Origin: Lepidodermella squamata
Lineage: Eukaryota > Animalia > Gastrotricha
Assembly: GCA_047495785.1 (NCBI GenBank)
Contig: JBLDXI010000015.1
Location: 3,410,001-3,474,000, forward strand
DNA: 64,000 nucleotides
Reading direction: 5' to 3'
Position numbers and translations under genes: made by a program. The notes beneath the pieces are model-generated. The model had not been told where the DNA came from, searched no databases, and saw only the letters and a program-made list of their open reading frames with translations. Below are positions 11,622-25,076 of the stretch, one piece after another. Positions within the stretch are counted from its first letter, which is position 1; each line of letters opens with the position of its first letter.

Positions 11622-13502
11622 CTAGTAGAGTAATTTATCGGCTGGCAAGTTTTGAAACATGATAACAGGAGTTAGAGTAAGAGCCGTAATGTAAAGCAGC
11701 ATATTCATCCGCTCAACGACTTCGGCAATGAATATCCACTGGTCATGGCTCTCGCGAAGCGCGCCTTCTGCAAAATGCTTCACCGAACGGCGTCGCAATG
11801 CTGCCACAGCCACTAAGGGGCTACCCTGGGGGAGGGTAAGCATTGACCGCCTCATAGGCCCGATCTCATCGACTAACGGAGTCCCGGTGACTGGTTCCAT
11901 CGCATTCCCCATAGAGAATCTATACTCGACAAAGACAATGCGACCAAGGAATTTTACAGTTGAAAAAATGCATTTAGGTGGATTGCTCTGTGGAAAAAAA
12001 TCAATGAATTATCGATTAATAATCTGGAGATGATTTCCTCATACTTTTTTCAAGTTGGCTTTGTTGATAAAGTAGAAAACAATGCCCTCGCCAAGAAGAG
12101 CTATTCCAGCGATATAAGCCATCTTAAAAATAGCAATGGATTCATTTGCCGATTTTTAAGGTAGCTGAACCTACCTGTAAATCGATGTAAAGACTGAGAA
12201 GAGGCACGACTTCGGATGAGCGGGGCATGTCAGCTAATATCATGCTCTGAAAACGCAACGATTCTTATCCAAAGCTGATTTAAACGAATATTTTACCTGA
12301 AATACTGAATAAGCCAGGAGACAGGTGAAAGATATGTGAACTCGAACGACCTCCTCAAGCTAAAAGAAAATTATTAAATTAATTAAATCAACGATAATTT
12401 AGAGCAGCGTACAGGTAAGACAAAGGTAATGATCTCTGCTGATGATATAATCATATTCGGAGCAATAATATTGATATAGTAGAAGTTAGGCCTTCGTTTC
12501 AGAAGCATTTGAAATTCCACCTGAAAAAAAGATTCGTGTGATAATCGTTATTTGGAGCCTGAATTTTACCCCATCATAGCTTTGGTTTCCCGATTTATAA
12601 ACGTAAATGATTGTCCTATTATCGACTAGTTCCCACTGCTTGTTCTCGGTCCAAGAATTTTCGAGCTTCACAAACGGCCGCTTGTTCAACGTGAAAAATT
12701 GCTGATATGTCGGGTAGCTCCAGCTCTCAATTCGCACCCCGCATATCTGAACAATGGGTGGCTTAAAAAAGAGGCGATCAATCTAAGCGGCATACCTGTT
12801 TATCGAAGGGAAACATTGTTAAATCAGGCTCGCATTTGACTGCTAATTGGTGAGCTGGGGTGAATTGAACTAGCCCGTTTTGCTGGACCCAGACCTTGCC
12901 GCCCGGAGACGTTATCAAGGTATAAACATCCTCCCTAAAAATTATGCGAAATATATTTTTTCTATACCTAATTTTCGAATATTTACGCGTTCAAAATCAG
13001 CAGATCTGGGGTCCATAAATTTTCACGTGGCAGGAGCAAGTAGTCTATACATTTGAATGGATGCCTCTTGCCCCAAACAAGGTAGTCATCGTCCCAATCC
13101 ATGTAGACGTAGCCATTTAGTATCAGCGTATTTTTCCTTTCATTCTATATAATATGGTACGGAATAAAAAAAGGGTCTGGAAAAATAAAATTCGGAGTGA
13201 AACAAACGAAATAAACTATGCTGCTGATTCTAAGGCCAATCGTTACGTTGACGGCTTTGTGAGCATTTATTCGCGGCCTCGACGTTTTTGAGTAGTTGGT
13301 AAAAATCAGGTTGATGATGTCTTTCTCAGAAACAACTTTCGATCATGCGACGAATTATTAAAAAATGTAGGATTTATTTATTCATTTTCTTACCAGTTGC
13401 ATTGCATGGAACATTTTGTTGGCCTTTAATAAGCTGAGCCAGGCTCAAAATTCCGAGAGGTAACATGAGTAATTTCCAGTCAACGAGGTACAATAAGCTC
13501 AT
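11622..13502 (-). CDS. Cys-loop ligand-gated ion channel subunit 2, paralog of subunit 1, multi-exon
   Basis: LWTPDL, Cys-loop CEPDLTMFPFDKQIC, ENSWTENKQWELV, M2 RVHISFTCLLAYSVF, M4 QWIFIAEVVERMNMLLY; largely shared intron positions with the 5881-8001 gene. Confidence 0.9.
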
Positions 13503-13830
13503 TTTTCAACCATGGTAATAATCATATCTGATGAGGACTCCTACTTTCTCGAGATTTTTACGGTAAAAGCCCCCTGAAAATCGAAAAATAATTCAAGTGC
13601 GAGGGACATAATGGAGCCAATGTAAACACACTCCATTACACCGCCAACTTCGCCGAAGTATATCACGGGTTATATGTGTAGAGATGATAATAATTCATGC
13701 GTTAAATTTTCCTTCCCTTTTTAACTCAATTATTAATGGCCTATTTTCATCAAAAAAATGCGAAACAAAATGAGCGCAAAATGACTGTTTTTATTTTAAT
13801 AATTCGCATCAAAATGTTAAGGAGACTCAG

Positions 13831-14973
13831 CTAATTGATTACAAAAACGTCACCGAAATCGGAGCCAGCAATAAGCGTGGGTCCGTTGTTATCCCGGCTG
13901 TTATCGACAGCCAAACAGTTGATAGGAACACCGGCAACGTTTAGGATGGGCTCAGCAGATGGCACGTCATTCGTTTGGCCATTCGCCCAGGCCCATTCCA
14001 GCAGCAGGCCATCACTGCCGGCCGAAAACAGCTGATCCGGTTCGGCGGGGTTGAACGACAACGCGTTGACGGTTAGCGTATGAGCCGCGAACCCGGTTTG
14101 ACCAGCGGCCGACGAGCTGGTCTCGCCGGAGACGAGGCGCAGATCAATCATAGAAATGGCGCCGTCCTCGCAGCCGAAAATCACAGTTTCACTAGAAAAC
14201 GGGTGAAGGCCGATGCAGGTGATCGGCCGAACCGACCCGGCCTTCGTGAAAATTGGCACGCCGACGTTGGATAGGCGAAGGTCGAAGAAATGAAGCCGGC
14301 CGGTTAAATCGCCGATAACCAGCATCGGCGAGCCGGCGGTTGAGGAGCATCGAACGGCACATGAGGTAGCTAGATTTCCGATTATCGGCGCGTAATTGAA
14401 GTCCTGAATCACTTCGACGCTGCTTTGTTGCTGAGATAACAGGCCGAGGACTGAAACACGGCCCGTGTAATTGCTATCAATCAACGCATAAGCGATTTCG
14501 CTGTTAGAAATTCCTGACAGTGGCGAGGAGAGGTTGAATGATATCTTCTCGGTTGGACTAGCTTCGAACGGTTGATTCGACGTGAATTTCGATAGAGATA
14601 ACCCGGCTTTAGTATCAGCAAGCCGCGTCTGGTAAACCGCAGCCTCCCCATTCGCATGGGCAATCAAAACTTTTCCATCGGGAAAAGCCTGTTTAAAATT
14701 AATTAAAATCGGAAAAATAGAGCCGCCTTAAATTGTTACCTTGGTCAGTAGAATACGGTTTTCCAACGCAACGGAATAACCGGTTCGAGTTGGCCCGTTA
14801 GCTGGGGGCATGTCTTCAGTGGCCGGGACAGACCACACATGAAAATCAGCGGAACCTTTCGAACAAGCTGCAACGAGTAAATTATTGCCGAACCTGCTCG
14901 ACGTAACGCTCCTCACCGGCTGTCCCGGTTTTGAGGTCAAAATCAGCGGCGATCGCGGGTTATCGATATTCAT
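13831..14973 (-). CDS. NUP43: WD40 protein, probable nucleoporin Nup43 (2 exons)
   Basis: WD40 blades GDLTGRLHFFDLR, HPFSSETVIFGCEDGAISMIDLR, AHTLTVNALSFNPAEPDQLFSAGSDGLLLEW and C-terminal LIAGSDFGDVF follow the Nup43 pattern; short intron ~14690-14739. Confidence 0.65.
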
Positions 14974-15582
14974 TATTTTTCTAGAGGGAAAACGCAACCA
15001 TATTCAATTTATCTTCAAAAATTTATTTGTTTTCTCATATATCGAAATTATTCACCCTTTTTTGTTAATAAGAATATCAAACACAACACGCGAAAGAGAA
15101 AGAATGTTACAATAGTTTACAACTGTGATACGCGGTCCGGAATGAATTGTTCCAATATAATAATAATCAGCGAGAGAAAAAATCAATTGCAAGGTTGGAA
15201 AAAATCACCGATCAAAGAGAAAGTAGAAATAATTATATGTATCCTCGAATCAAAATGATGTAGTCCTCCTTAATATTCAGCGCTAATTATTATTATAGCT
15301 ACCAGATTGTATTATGCGCGCTGAATACAAGAAAATATAGTTAATTAAATCGTTTGATCAAACATGGTCTCGGAATAAATAATCATAATATACTTTTTCG
15401 GCTATAACAAGAGAATTTTTCGCAAGTCTCCGCATAATACAAGAAATCATCGTCACGTGAAAATGAAAATTAAAACAGAGAATCAGCCGATTGGTCAAAA
15501 TCGGTCAAAATTGTTCGCGAAGCTAATAATAATTATGTTAATAAGCGATTATTAGTAGCAAACTTTAACAAAATGTCTCGCC

Positions 15583-18500
15583 TCACGTTGTTCTAACGCT
15601 GATCACAATTAGCCGCCCGTCGTCGAGCGCGACAAAAAGAGCACCGCAATTTTTAGCCAGGGTCAACGCCGTGGCGGGTCGGTCGAGCGTCAACTCACTC
15701 GTTGAATCCGTGGTCGATTTGGCGACCGGCGACAACTGCTGGAATTTGTACAACCGACGAATGGAAAGACGAGGCCGGGCATCGGCAAAAATGATCGCGT
15801 CATTCGCCAGCGCGAAATCGCAGACAGGCGAGCGAAGCGCTAACGACGCTAGATATCGGCCATTTGTCGAAAACGTGCAAAGCAGGAAGCGATTAGCCGG
15901 CGAGGCTGGGTTATGCGTCAACGGCGAGGTGGTTGATGCGTAGAACACGACTTCACTCATTTCCGGGCCAATTTTAACCGCCTCGATTTTTACCGAATTG
16001 ATGCCTGGCAGGTAGTCAACCAGTCGAATCGAGCGAACGTAACGGCCCTTTCGCACAGTATGAGCTAGAGCCAGGCCGTTTTCGCCGCAACTCCAGCACA
16101 AATCAAGGTCGCTGCACAGTGCTACGGCCGTGACTGGAGCGTCGTGGCCGAATAAAACGCAATGTGGGCTGGTCATTAAGGTGGTTTGGTGGTGGGAAGT
16201 TGGAATAAGGCGGAAGATTGCGACTGTTACGTCAGAAGACCCGGTTGCGATGAAGCGCTGGCACCTTGATAGCGAGACGCAGTTCACTGGTAACGCATGA
16301 TGCCGCACAGCTGCCACCAATTTGCCGGTTTTGGTCTGTAGAAATCAAAAGAAAATATACAATTTGGCGTTACATTTTTCGTTTGAAAAAATTGCTCTAA
16401 TTCAAGTCAAGTTAATTGCTATAACGTAAGAAATTGTTCACATCAGGTAAAAATAGAAAATTATAAAAATTTGCAGGACAATTAGGAATCAAATTGTCCA
16501 CGTTTCGTTCAAATTTTGGAATTTTTTTAGAAAAAACCGAAAAACATGATTACCCGAGTTACGGTGTATTTTCTATATGACCGTTAACAAGTAAAAAAGG
16601 GGTTAGGCAAAAATACCACCATCGTGAGATTTTGATACCACGTTCAAGATCATATAACGAGGAGCCGAACGATATCAAAAAGAGGTTGATAGTCATCAGG
16701 GTTACTGAGAAAATGGGCTTCAAAGTTTACGGGTGAAAATTGCTAATTTCGAAAAGTGCGCCTGAAAAATTTGAGTTTTTATTGCATCAATTAATAATCC
16801 CTCACGCAATGAATTCTAATTTTATTTTCTTCTGCGCTGTCGACATTTTTTAGGGTGTCTGAGGTGAAGAATTTTGCTACATATTCAAAATTTCTGGTGG
16901 AGTCAAGCTAATGTCTCCACAACAAACTTAATAGATAGGACTTCAGCGACGCCTTGGGGATCCTCATCATTTAAGGAGGATGGGAGCCTCCTAGAGGTCT
17001 AAAGTTTTAACATTTAAAACCATCAAGAAAAAATGAGTACGAACATCTTGGAATCCAAGAATCGCCCTTCTTCAAAAATAAATGCCGGAAAATACTAAAA
17101 ATTCGCCAAATCCCACTTTTCAAGTGTGAACAGTCATATTCCATTTATTTTCCCATCAAAAAAGGAATTATCGAAAATTAACTTACGCTTATAAGCCGCA
17201 ATGAATTGTCGTGATAGCCCACAACAGCTAGCGTTTGGCCATTATCAAGCACAGCAAAATTGCACGGTTTCGGTACAGCCGAGAGACGAACCGACGGTCT
17301 CGGGGTGGAGGTGACGCCCATATCGCCACCAGAGCCCTGAATCGTAATCATATCTGCTCGACTTCCAGATATGCTATACACCCGTATCGCCCCGCTTCTC
17401 GTCACAGCAATCAGCGCATCTGGGGTTGGGTGGAACATGAATGAAATCGGCTCGAAGGACAGCATTGATTGGACAGAAACGGCTTGCAACTGGAGGCTGA
17501 ATGACGAAATCAACAACGGAACCGTGTACTGCGTCGGCGAGGCTGCGACCTTCTTGAACAGATCTTCGATACCCAGACGACGAGGATGGGCCTCGGTGAA
17601 CAACTGCGACGGCGTTTGGCCAAAATGCGTCACCATCATTTCAATCGCTTTCCTCTTTTCCGGGTCAGTGATCGCGTCCAAGTCGATATTGTCCTCATAC
17701 GTACAAGCGTGGTAGACATTCAACGCATCTACAGCCGCATCACCGCGTTGTTTGAAGCCGAAAATCAGGTCAATCCATTGATGTAAATGATTCGAGACGT
17801 AGTCACTCTCCAACGCCTGGCGGTGTTTGTAGATGAAATCTTCAGGCGAATCGGCCCAGGGCGGTAAATGAACATTATCAACTCGTTCCTCGCTCAACTG
17901 AAGCCGTCCGAAGTCGAATTTATTCAAATTCACCAAAAACTCAGGCATGAAGAAGAACTCTGGTATCAACTCTTTCACGTCATTTCCGTCGTAGAGCGAC
18001 CGCCAAAGCCCCGGGATTGAGTTGAAAAGCCGGTCCGGTACGTCGAAATGGCCGGATTGAAGGTCAATGTGCAACGTGGCGAACGGCTCGATTCTCAGCA
18101 GGTAGTACATAACAGTCGCTGCGTTTGAATAGTGAGTGCCATAGTGAAACTTATGCATCAAAACACCGGTCGGATCTTCGAAATGGTCGTACTTATCACG
18201 AATTTCGTGCTCTCGTTTCGCGTTTTGCACACCCATTGGCTTGCTCAAATCACGAAAAGTCGCCGGGTTGTTCAAATCAAGATTTTTGCTCGCGTAGTCG
18301 GCGAGAATCCACGGAAACACCGGGTATTGGCTCAAATCGTTATAAGTTCGGCCCGCAAATGTGTTCAACGCCATGAGGTAATCAAAATTCGTAATTTCAC
18401 GATTTACCCATTTCTGCGTCACCCCAGACGCTTTCAACAACGATTTCGCGCTTTGCTGGGCGAAATTGAACAAAGCAGGCCGGCTTTTCATGTGAATCAG

Positions 18501-21500
18501 CCGGACGAATACCTTATTTCGCGACGGCTTGTCCGCAAAATTGAACATGTAATTCCGGCAGTCGGTTAGAAAAACTTCCAACGCGGTTTTTTGAAGATTG
18601 TACCGCCTTAAATAAATATCCCGTAGCTCGCCGAATGGGAATTGAACGGTCAGTTGGTCTGTATCGTCGTCAACAATCGGAGATGAGGCTGATGTCATAG
18701 GTTCAGAGGGTGTGAACGCGAATCTGTCAGCCGTTACTTCAAGGCGACCGGGGACAATACCAGCGATTGAAACCAGGTCACACATTTCGTTAATTATGGC
18801 TTTACTCGATGGGGCGGCTTCGGTGGCCACGTCAATCGAGCCCGGATTCGAGGGCGAATTTGGCAATGCGTCAATAGCAGAGACCGAGGTCCAATCTTCG
18901 TCTTCATTTCGCGATGACTCATCCAGCCTAATCGCCATTAAAAGACCCGAGAAATCGTTATTCTGCTGAAGGCTTGAATTGCCGTTTTGATTTATCGAAG
19001 CCGACAGATGTTGATGCTCAGGGTCAAGCGATGACGCGACGTGTTGGTCAAAATTGAAATTATGAACCATAGCCAATCGCATTCGTTTGTCGTTTTCAAG
19101 AGCGCCCAGTTTCCAGTAGATAGGTGGGTGTTTCTTGCGAGACCAAGGCCCACAATCGCCCAATTGGAACGCGGCAAGGTGTTGGAAAGCAGCTAGCCGA
19201 GTTTCACGTTCTGCGATCAAGTTGCGGGCGAAATCGGCGATTCTCGAATGTTCATGCCGAGTTCTAGCCATGAAAACGTGCAGAATTTTCTCTTGAAACG
19301 ACGCCCATGAACCTGAGACCAAGTTGCTAACGATTTCTTGCCGCGTCATAGCCTCAGATTGCCAAATCACGTAATCACTGGCGATTCGATCGCGCGGGCC
19401 AGTCAAATAATCCGCCGTAAATTTAGCCTTCCACGGCAGTGCCTGGTAATTGATGAACGAACTCCACTCACTCGAGCTGGAATACGATTGAAATGATTCA
19501 GAAAACGACCCATGGGCGAATTGAAGCGTAGGAAGTGGGAACCTCAGGTCGACAAGCTCTCGCATTCTAACTAGGGCAGTCTTCAAAACCGGCATCAAAG
19601 TGTAATACACATTTGAATCTGCAACCGAGGCTGCTTCGTAGATTTTCGTTATCAAATAACCAAATTGAACAGCGTCTTTTATGAAGCAAGAGGTTTGAAG
19701 CAGGGTTTGAAGTTGCTCAGCCGCCGATGTTGACAGGTCGAGATCAGGCTGGCAGCAAAATTGGAGTAGAATAGCGAGGCCGACCTGCCCGACAGAGTTC
19801 AGTTTATCGTCATCCCAGACATTAGCCGTCGACAAAAGTTGCGCTAGAATGTTCAACAAGTCAGGGGTGAAAAATTCGGCCGATCTATTGCTCAGGGCTG
19901 TCATGTTAGTGCACGAATCGTAGACGAGCTCGAAGAAACGAGCCAAGGCGTCGCGAGGAATTACTGACCGGGGTGGCGATTGCTGACTGCCCCGCCTGTC
20001 TAAATGTGACGGCGATCGAGTTCGGCCGTCTGGCGATGCGATAAACGCCAACATTTGCTGGGCCAGGAAGCAGAACAATCGGGCAGTGATCGAAGCGGCA
20101 GACTTGTAAATTGGTTTCGTTCCTTCATAATCGCGAAAGATCGCGGCTAAAATGCCGATTTCCTGCAAAAAATTATGATTAAAAAATCCACCTTAAAATA
20201 TTCGTTTTTTTATTTACCTTGATTTGCTCCTGGAAAGTGAACCGGGGAAAAGCGTTTTGCAGCAGCAATTGCAAGAAGTCCATTAAGGCGGCTAGAACAG
20301 CTCTTTCCGCCTCGGAAAGTGGCACAGACGACATTTCGTGGAGAACGCTTGTCGAATAAATGGTGCTGCCGCGATTTGAACCATTAACAGGTGAGGATGT
20401 TCGAAGTGTATTCCACGACTGGTTCAAAGGTTGAGTGACGTCCAACTTCGCCGGTGATGCTTCGGCGTAAAACACCGAGCTCGGCCGTTCTTCAATCTGC
20501 GGACTTTTGATCATCGACGCATCCTCAGTTGACAAATCGATTAAGGCGACGTCATCGTGGGCTAACGACGGCTTTTGCGGCGTGGGTGGGACTGAAGCGC
20601 CATTAACGCTGTTATCAGCTGTGCTAAAGCAGAGCTCGAGGCGGCCGGAAATCGCGAGATGCGAGTCATCCCCACCCCCGAACGATAAATTCGGCAGGAC
20701 ATCTGGCCGGGAGCTGAGTCGATTCGGCGAGCCAGGCGAGGTTGTCATCGATTTCGGCAGGCGAGGGATGTGTTGTCTGATAAAACAAGCGGCTAAAAGA
20801 GGCTGCCAGCGGCATTGTTGGGCCAACAAAAGTAAAATTCCCGTGTTTTGCCGGCAGTGGTTGATTAGCTTTCGTAATAAAACACGTTGAGCTTCGAGGC
20901 TGCAACGAGGCAGGAAGTAGAGCATGCTCGATAGACTGCTAACATTTTCCGGGGTGTAAAACATAGGCGAGAAAAGTAGGTCGAGAAGCGACTCGGACGC
21001 GGCAGACGGCGGCATTCGGTCGAGGAGCCCGTAGAAATCGATTGAATTCAACTGAAAGCAGCCTTTGTTGGTTTCGTAGACGCGACTGGTATTAAGCAGC
21101 AGATTAATGACTTGCAGCGCTTTTTCACGGACTTGAAATGAATGGTCTGTAACGAGGTAGCTGAACAGCAATTCCGCCGCTTGGGGTTCGTAGAGCAGTA
21201 AAACCAGTTGGTCAGGTTGCGGATCAACGTCGAGACACGCCTTGATCGTATCGAGACACTCGCAAATCAGCACATCGGACGACTCGGACAGAAATCCGAC
21301 CAAGGAATGGACATCGGTGTAGTTTGTATTTCGACTCAAATAAATTCGCACGATTTGCCAGATGAATTGCCTAGCGTTTTCCGTGTCATTGCCAAATGAC
21401 GTTAGACTAGCACTTTTCGGCAATTCTAGCACTTCAGCCGCGCTAGGCGTTGCCGGCATTTGAGCTGGAGCGAAATGAAGACGGACGATGTCCAGAAAGT

Positions 21501-24500
21501 AGTACAACGGGTATTGTTGGCGAAACCACGATCGAGAAGGTCTGATCAGCTGTTGAACGTATTGCAGATGACCCACCTTAATTAAATGGGAAAAAATCAG
21601 TCACTGGGTTCTAACAAATTAAAAAATTGAAATTGATAAAAAAGCAGCTATCAGAGTGCTTTAAAAGCATTTAATCTCTCATTCTTTTTCAGAGACTCTA
21701 GTCAAACATCATTTTTAAGGTATCCGTCCAAATTTTGAATAAAAATACTTGCCTGAACAACGTAATCAGCTTTCGCCCAAATATCGAAGTTGAATAGGAC
21801 ATGCTTGTAGAATTGCTGTAATAGCTGTTGCAAATTCGACGCGATCACCTCGTGCTGTTCGCCGATTTTCGCCGCAGCTCCAGGCGCACTAGCTTCCGCC
21901 TGTTGCGAGAACAGCCGATCGATGAGCGCTTGAATCGAAGTCAAAACGTCGACTGAAACCAGTTCAGGCGGAAGTTGCGACAACAAATGGCCGAGCATGG
22001 CACAGCCATCATTCGCCAACATCCAGTTAATCGCAGACACGGTCGATCGGCACGAAAAACCCGTGAATAACTCTGTCATACACGCGCAGCAACATGAAAC
22101 AACTGAATTCGAGTCGGAATGTGATTGCGACATTTTTCTAACCGGGGAAGGTAACGCACGTAGCGAATCGCCCACAGCCTTCATTTTCGCATAGGTAATA
22201 GCCGTGTAATGAATGAACGGAAACAGGACACCAGGGCCTCCGATGCAACAAAACATGTCTTTCACATCGAAAATGTTGAAGGTATTAATGTTGCATAGGG
22301 CGAAATAGCCGTTTCCACTCAAATCCTCCAACACCTGTGTGCTCGCGTCGTAACACCGGGCAGTGTAGTGCACAATTGGTTTCACTGTCATTTTCACGCT
22401 TTGCGATAGAAGACCCAGTTCAGAGTAAGGTACTCGGCTAATCAACGAAATCTGATCCTGCGCGATCGCTTGGTCAAAAATCAAAACATCGCCCATCAAC
22501 CAGGAGCCGTTATTTCGGTCTAAACCGACACCGCCGATGCGAAAATCTGACAGTAAGTCGGTTAAGCCGTTCCAAGACGCGGCTGGAAGTGAGGAACTAT
22601 CGGCTAGACCGAACAAAGGTTCCACCAATTGACGCCCATCTACGTAAACCATAACCCGGCCGGCGGCTAGAAATCTGACCGGGGTGAAAACAATGCATAG
22701 AGCGTGCCACTTCAATTCTGTCGTCAATACCGAGGCGTCTAATTTTGCGAGTAATTGCGAGCCTTTTGGATTCGACTGAGTGACTAAGAAAACGCCGTCG
22801 GACATTATTTCCGCCTCAACACAACTACCGTTTTTACAGGCCATCCGGAAAATTAACCGGCTAGCAGACATCGGCGTCAATCTCAACCATAAAAATATGC
22901 TAAATGTTGACCTGCTCGGTAATTTATGCATTTTTTGAACGTGAACTGCATGCCCGGTTGAATGGAAGGCGAAAATAGCACTAGGCCGCGGCTCAGTCGC
23001 CGGCCTCAGCATTAAACGAAGCGCTTGAAGTAAAGGCAGGGCGTGATGAGGCAGGTCTTCGTCATTTTCAGGCCGGCATAACGCAATCAACTGTTTCAAC
23101 TGACCCGCTGTAAGCGAAACTGCCCCGATTTTATGCAAAATATCCAGCAGTTTCAAAAACGCTGGGTCGTTCAGGCCTTCAGTGACTGAAACCTGAAGAA
23201 TAGTATCGACAATGCGGTGTTGCGAGCATGTCAGCAAGTCTAAATCTGAATTGTGATTATCGAATAAATAGTGGTAGATTCGATCGGCTAGAAACACCTG
23301 TTGTTCGCTTGATAAAAGCGGCAGCCATAGAATCATCTCTCGAGCAACTAGAGTATGCGGCGCGCCTGGGGTGAGATCGGCTGGGTGCGATAATTTAAGG
23401 CAGCTATCCAGCAATTTTTGCGTCGGATTCGAAATTTTCCTCACAACCGCGAACAAATCAGGCCAATCGACGATCAACTGACTACTTTTCTCCGGCTTCG
23501 AAAACCGGCAAAGCGAGCGTAAAACGCGGAATGTAGATATTGCCAGGTCGTTGGAACACGACGTCGGCAAACCGGATGCTATGCATAGATTAAGGTGGTT
23601 TGACAACAAGCTGACCAAGTGCAAATCGATCAAACACGACGAGGTATAGCCTCTAGTATCAGCGTTACAAATGTTGTTGAAAGCCTCAAGAATCAACTGA
23701 AGAAGTTGGACACCGATAGCTGAAGCTGGTTTCAGCTTCGAAAACGCCTCTAAACAATCAGCGACTACGACGGTGAAGTCCAGATTCGCATCGACGATTT
23801 GCGAACTCAATAAATAAACTAATAATGTCAAAGCTCGAAGGGCCAGTGTACGAATGGCTAATTCCGAGTCTGATATAGAAGCATTTGCAAGGTGAGCCAG
23901 TGAATCGTTTTGATCATCCAATTTTTCACTTGGTGTTTCGACCGTGTTCGAATAGGGCAACTGAGCGACAATAGTTAGAAGGCACCGAACGACGCGACTG
24001 TCGTGGAGAACGTAAGAGGCAGCGTCTCGAGATCCGGAAAGGGCACAGCCGAATACCATGAGTAGCATTTGCGTAATATCCAATCGCGCGCGGTGCTTTT
24101 CAAGCTGGTCAACGATAAATGAGGAAAATGCGGATAAAACTGGTTTAAGCGGCACACCGCCTTCTTGCTGCTTTGTTTGCGATTCCTCACCATAAGTCGG
24201 AAATCGCTGGCAATTGCTAGAAAATAAATTTTTAAGCATGGATCTCAAATACATTAATATCAATGTTTTACCTTGCCGCAAAATTGTGCCACGCTTTCTG
24301 TGGGTCGAGCGTACTCGTAATAAGGGTCCCACTGAACTTGAAAAGCGAATAAATATCCTCGTTCTGAGCATCTTGGGGCAAAGTTATGACCGGCTGGGGT
24401 AATCGTGCGACTAAATGAAGCGAATCCGTGAATAGCTCGATAAAAACGGTAAGAATGCCTCCGGAGGCTAATTGCACCACATTATCCGGATGGCGTGCGA

Positions 24501-24862
24501 TTACGCAGAAGACTTTTAGTAATTTCACGAATTTTTCGAGTTGGCGAGCCGATAACACAGACGGTAAGTCTTCGATTGGCTGTATACAAGCTTGTTTGAC
24601 TAGCTGATTAAGTCGAACCAACTCATGAACAAGAATCTGCAGCAGGCGAGATGGTAATTCTCGTAACAATGGCGCTTTATCATTATTTCTAAGAATTCAA
24701 GGTCAAGTTTTATCTCATTACGGCGTGACAAACAACTTACTTGTCTTCATTCAAGAAATGGCCGTATTTTCCGATGAAAGCAGTTAAAAAGGCCTCCAAA
24801 TAATGCGAATCATTCTTGCTGGTATATTGGATCCACAGCTGATAAAGAGATCCCTCGTCCAT
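15583..24862 (-). CDS. NBEAL: Neurobeachin-like BEACH-domain protein (NBEAL1/2)
   Basis: N-terminus MDEGSLYQLWIQYTSKND, ConA-like region, PH (RRYNLQKTALEVF), BEACH (WVNREITNFDYLMALNTFAGRTYNDLSQYPVFPW, HYGTHYS, DVKELIPEFF, FGQTPSQLF), C-terminal WD40; few introns, one of ~845 nt. Confidence 0.95.
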
Positions 24863-25076
24863 TCATCAAAATAATTTAAAAGATGTCACTAGAAAACCAG
24901 GTCAAATTTCAATTATCAAAGAAGAAAAACATTTATTCCCAGCAACCGTCGAGAAAATAATACCTATCAAATTAAACATTTGATGCTTCAATATTTCACA
25001 AATTTCGCTACCTGTGAAAAGACTATAGGTACGAAGGTAATTAATTAAATATTGTATCGCTTTTAAATGGCTGAAT

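Noticed and set aside
24218-24371. Overlap of NBEAL ORFs as a programmed frameshift
   Set aside because: Explained by an ordinary ~55-nt GT-AG intron
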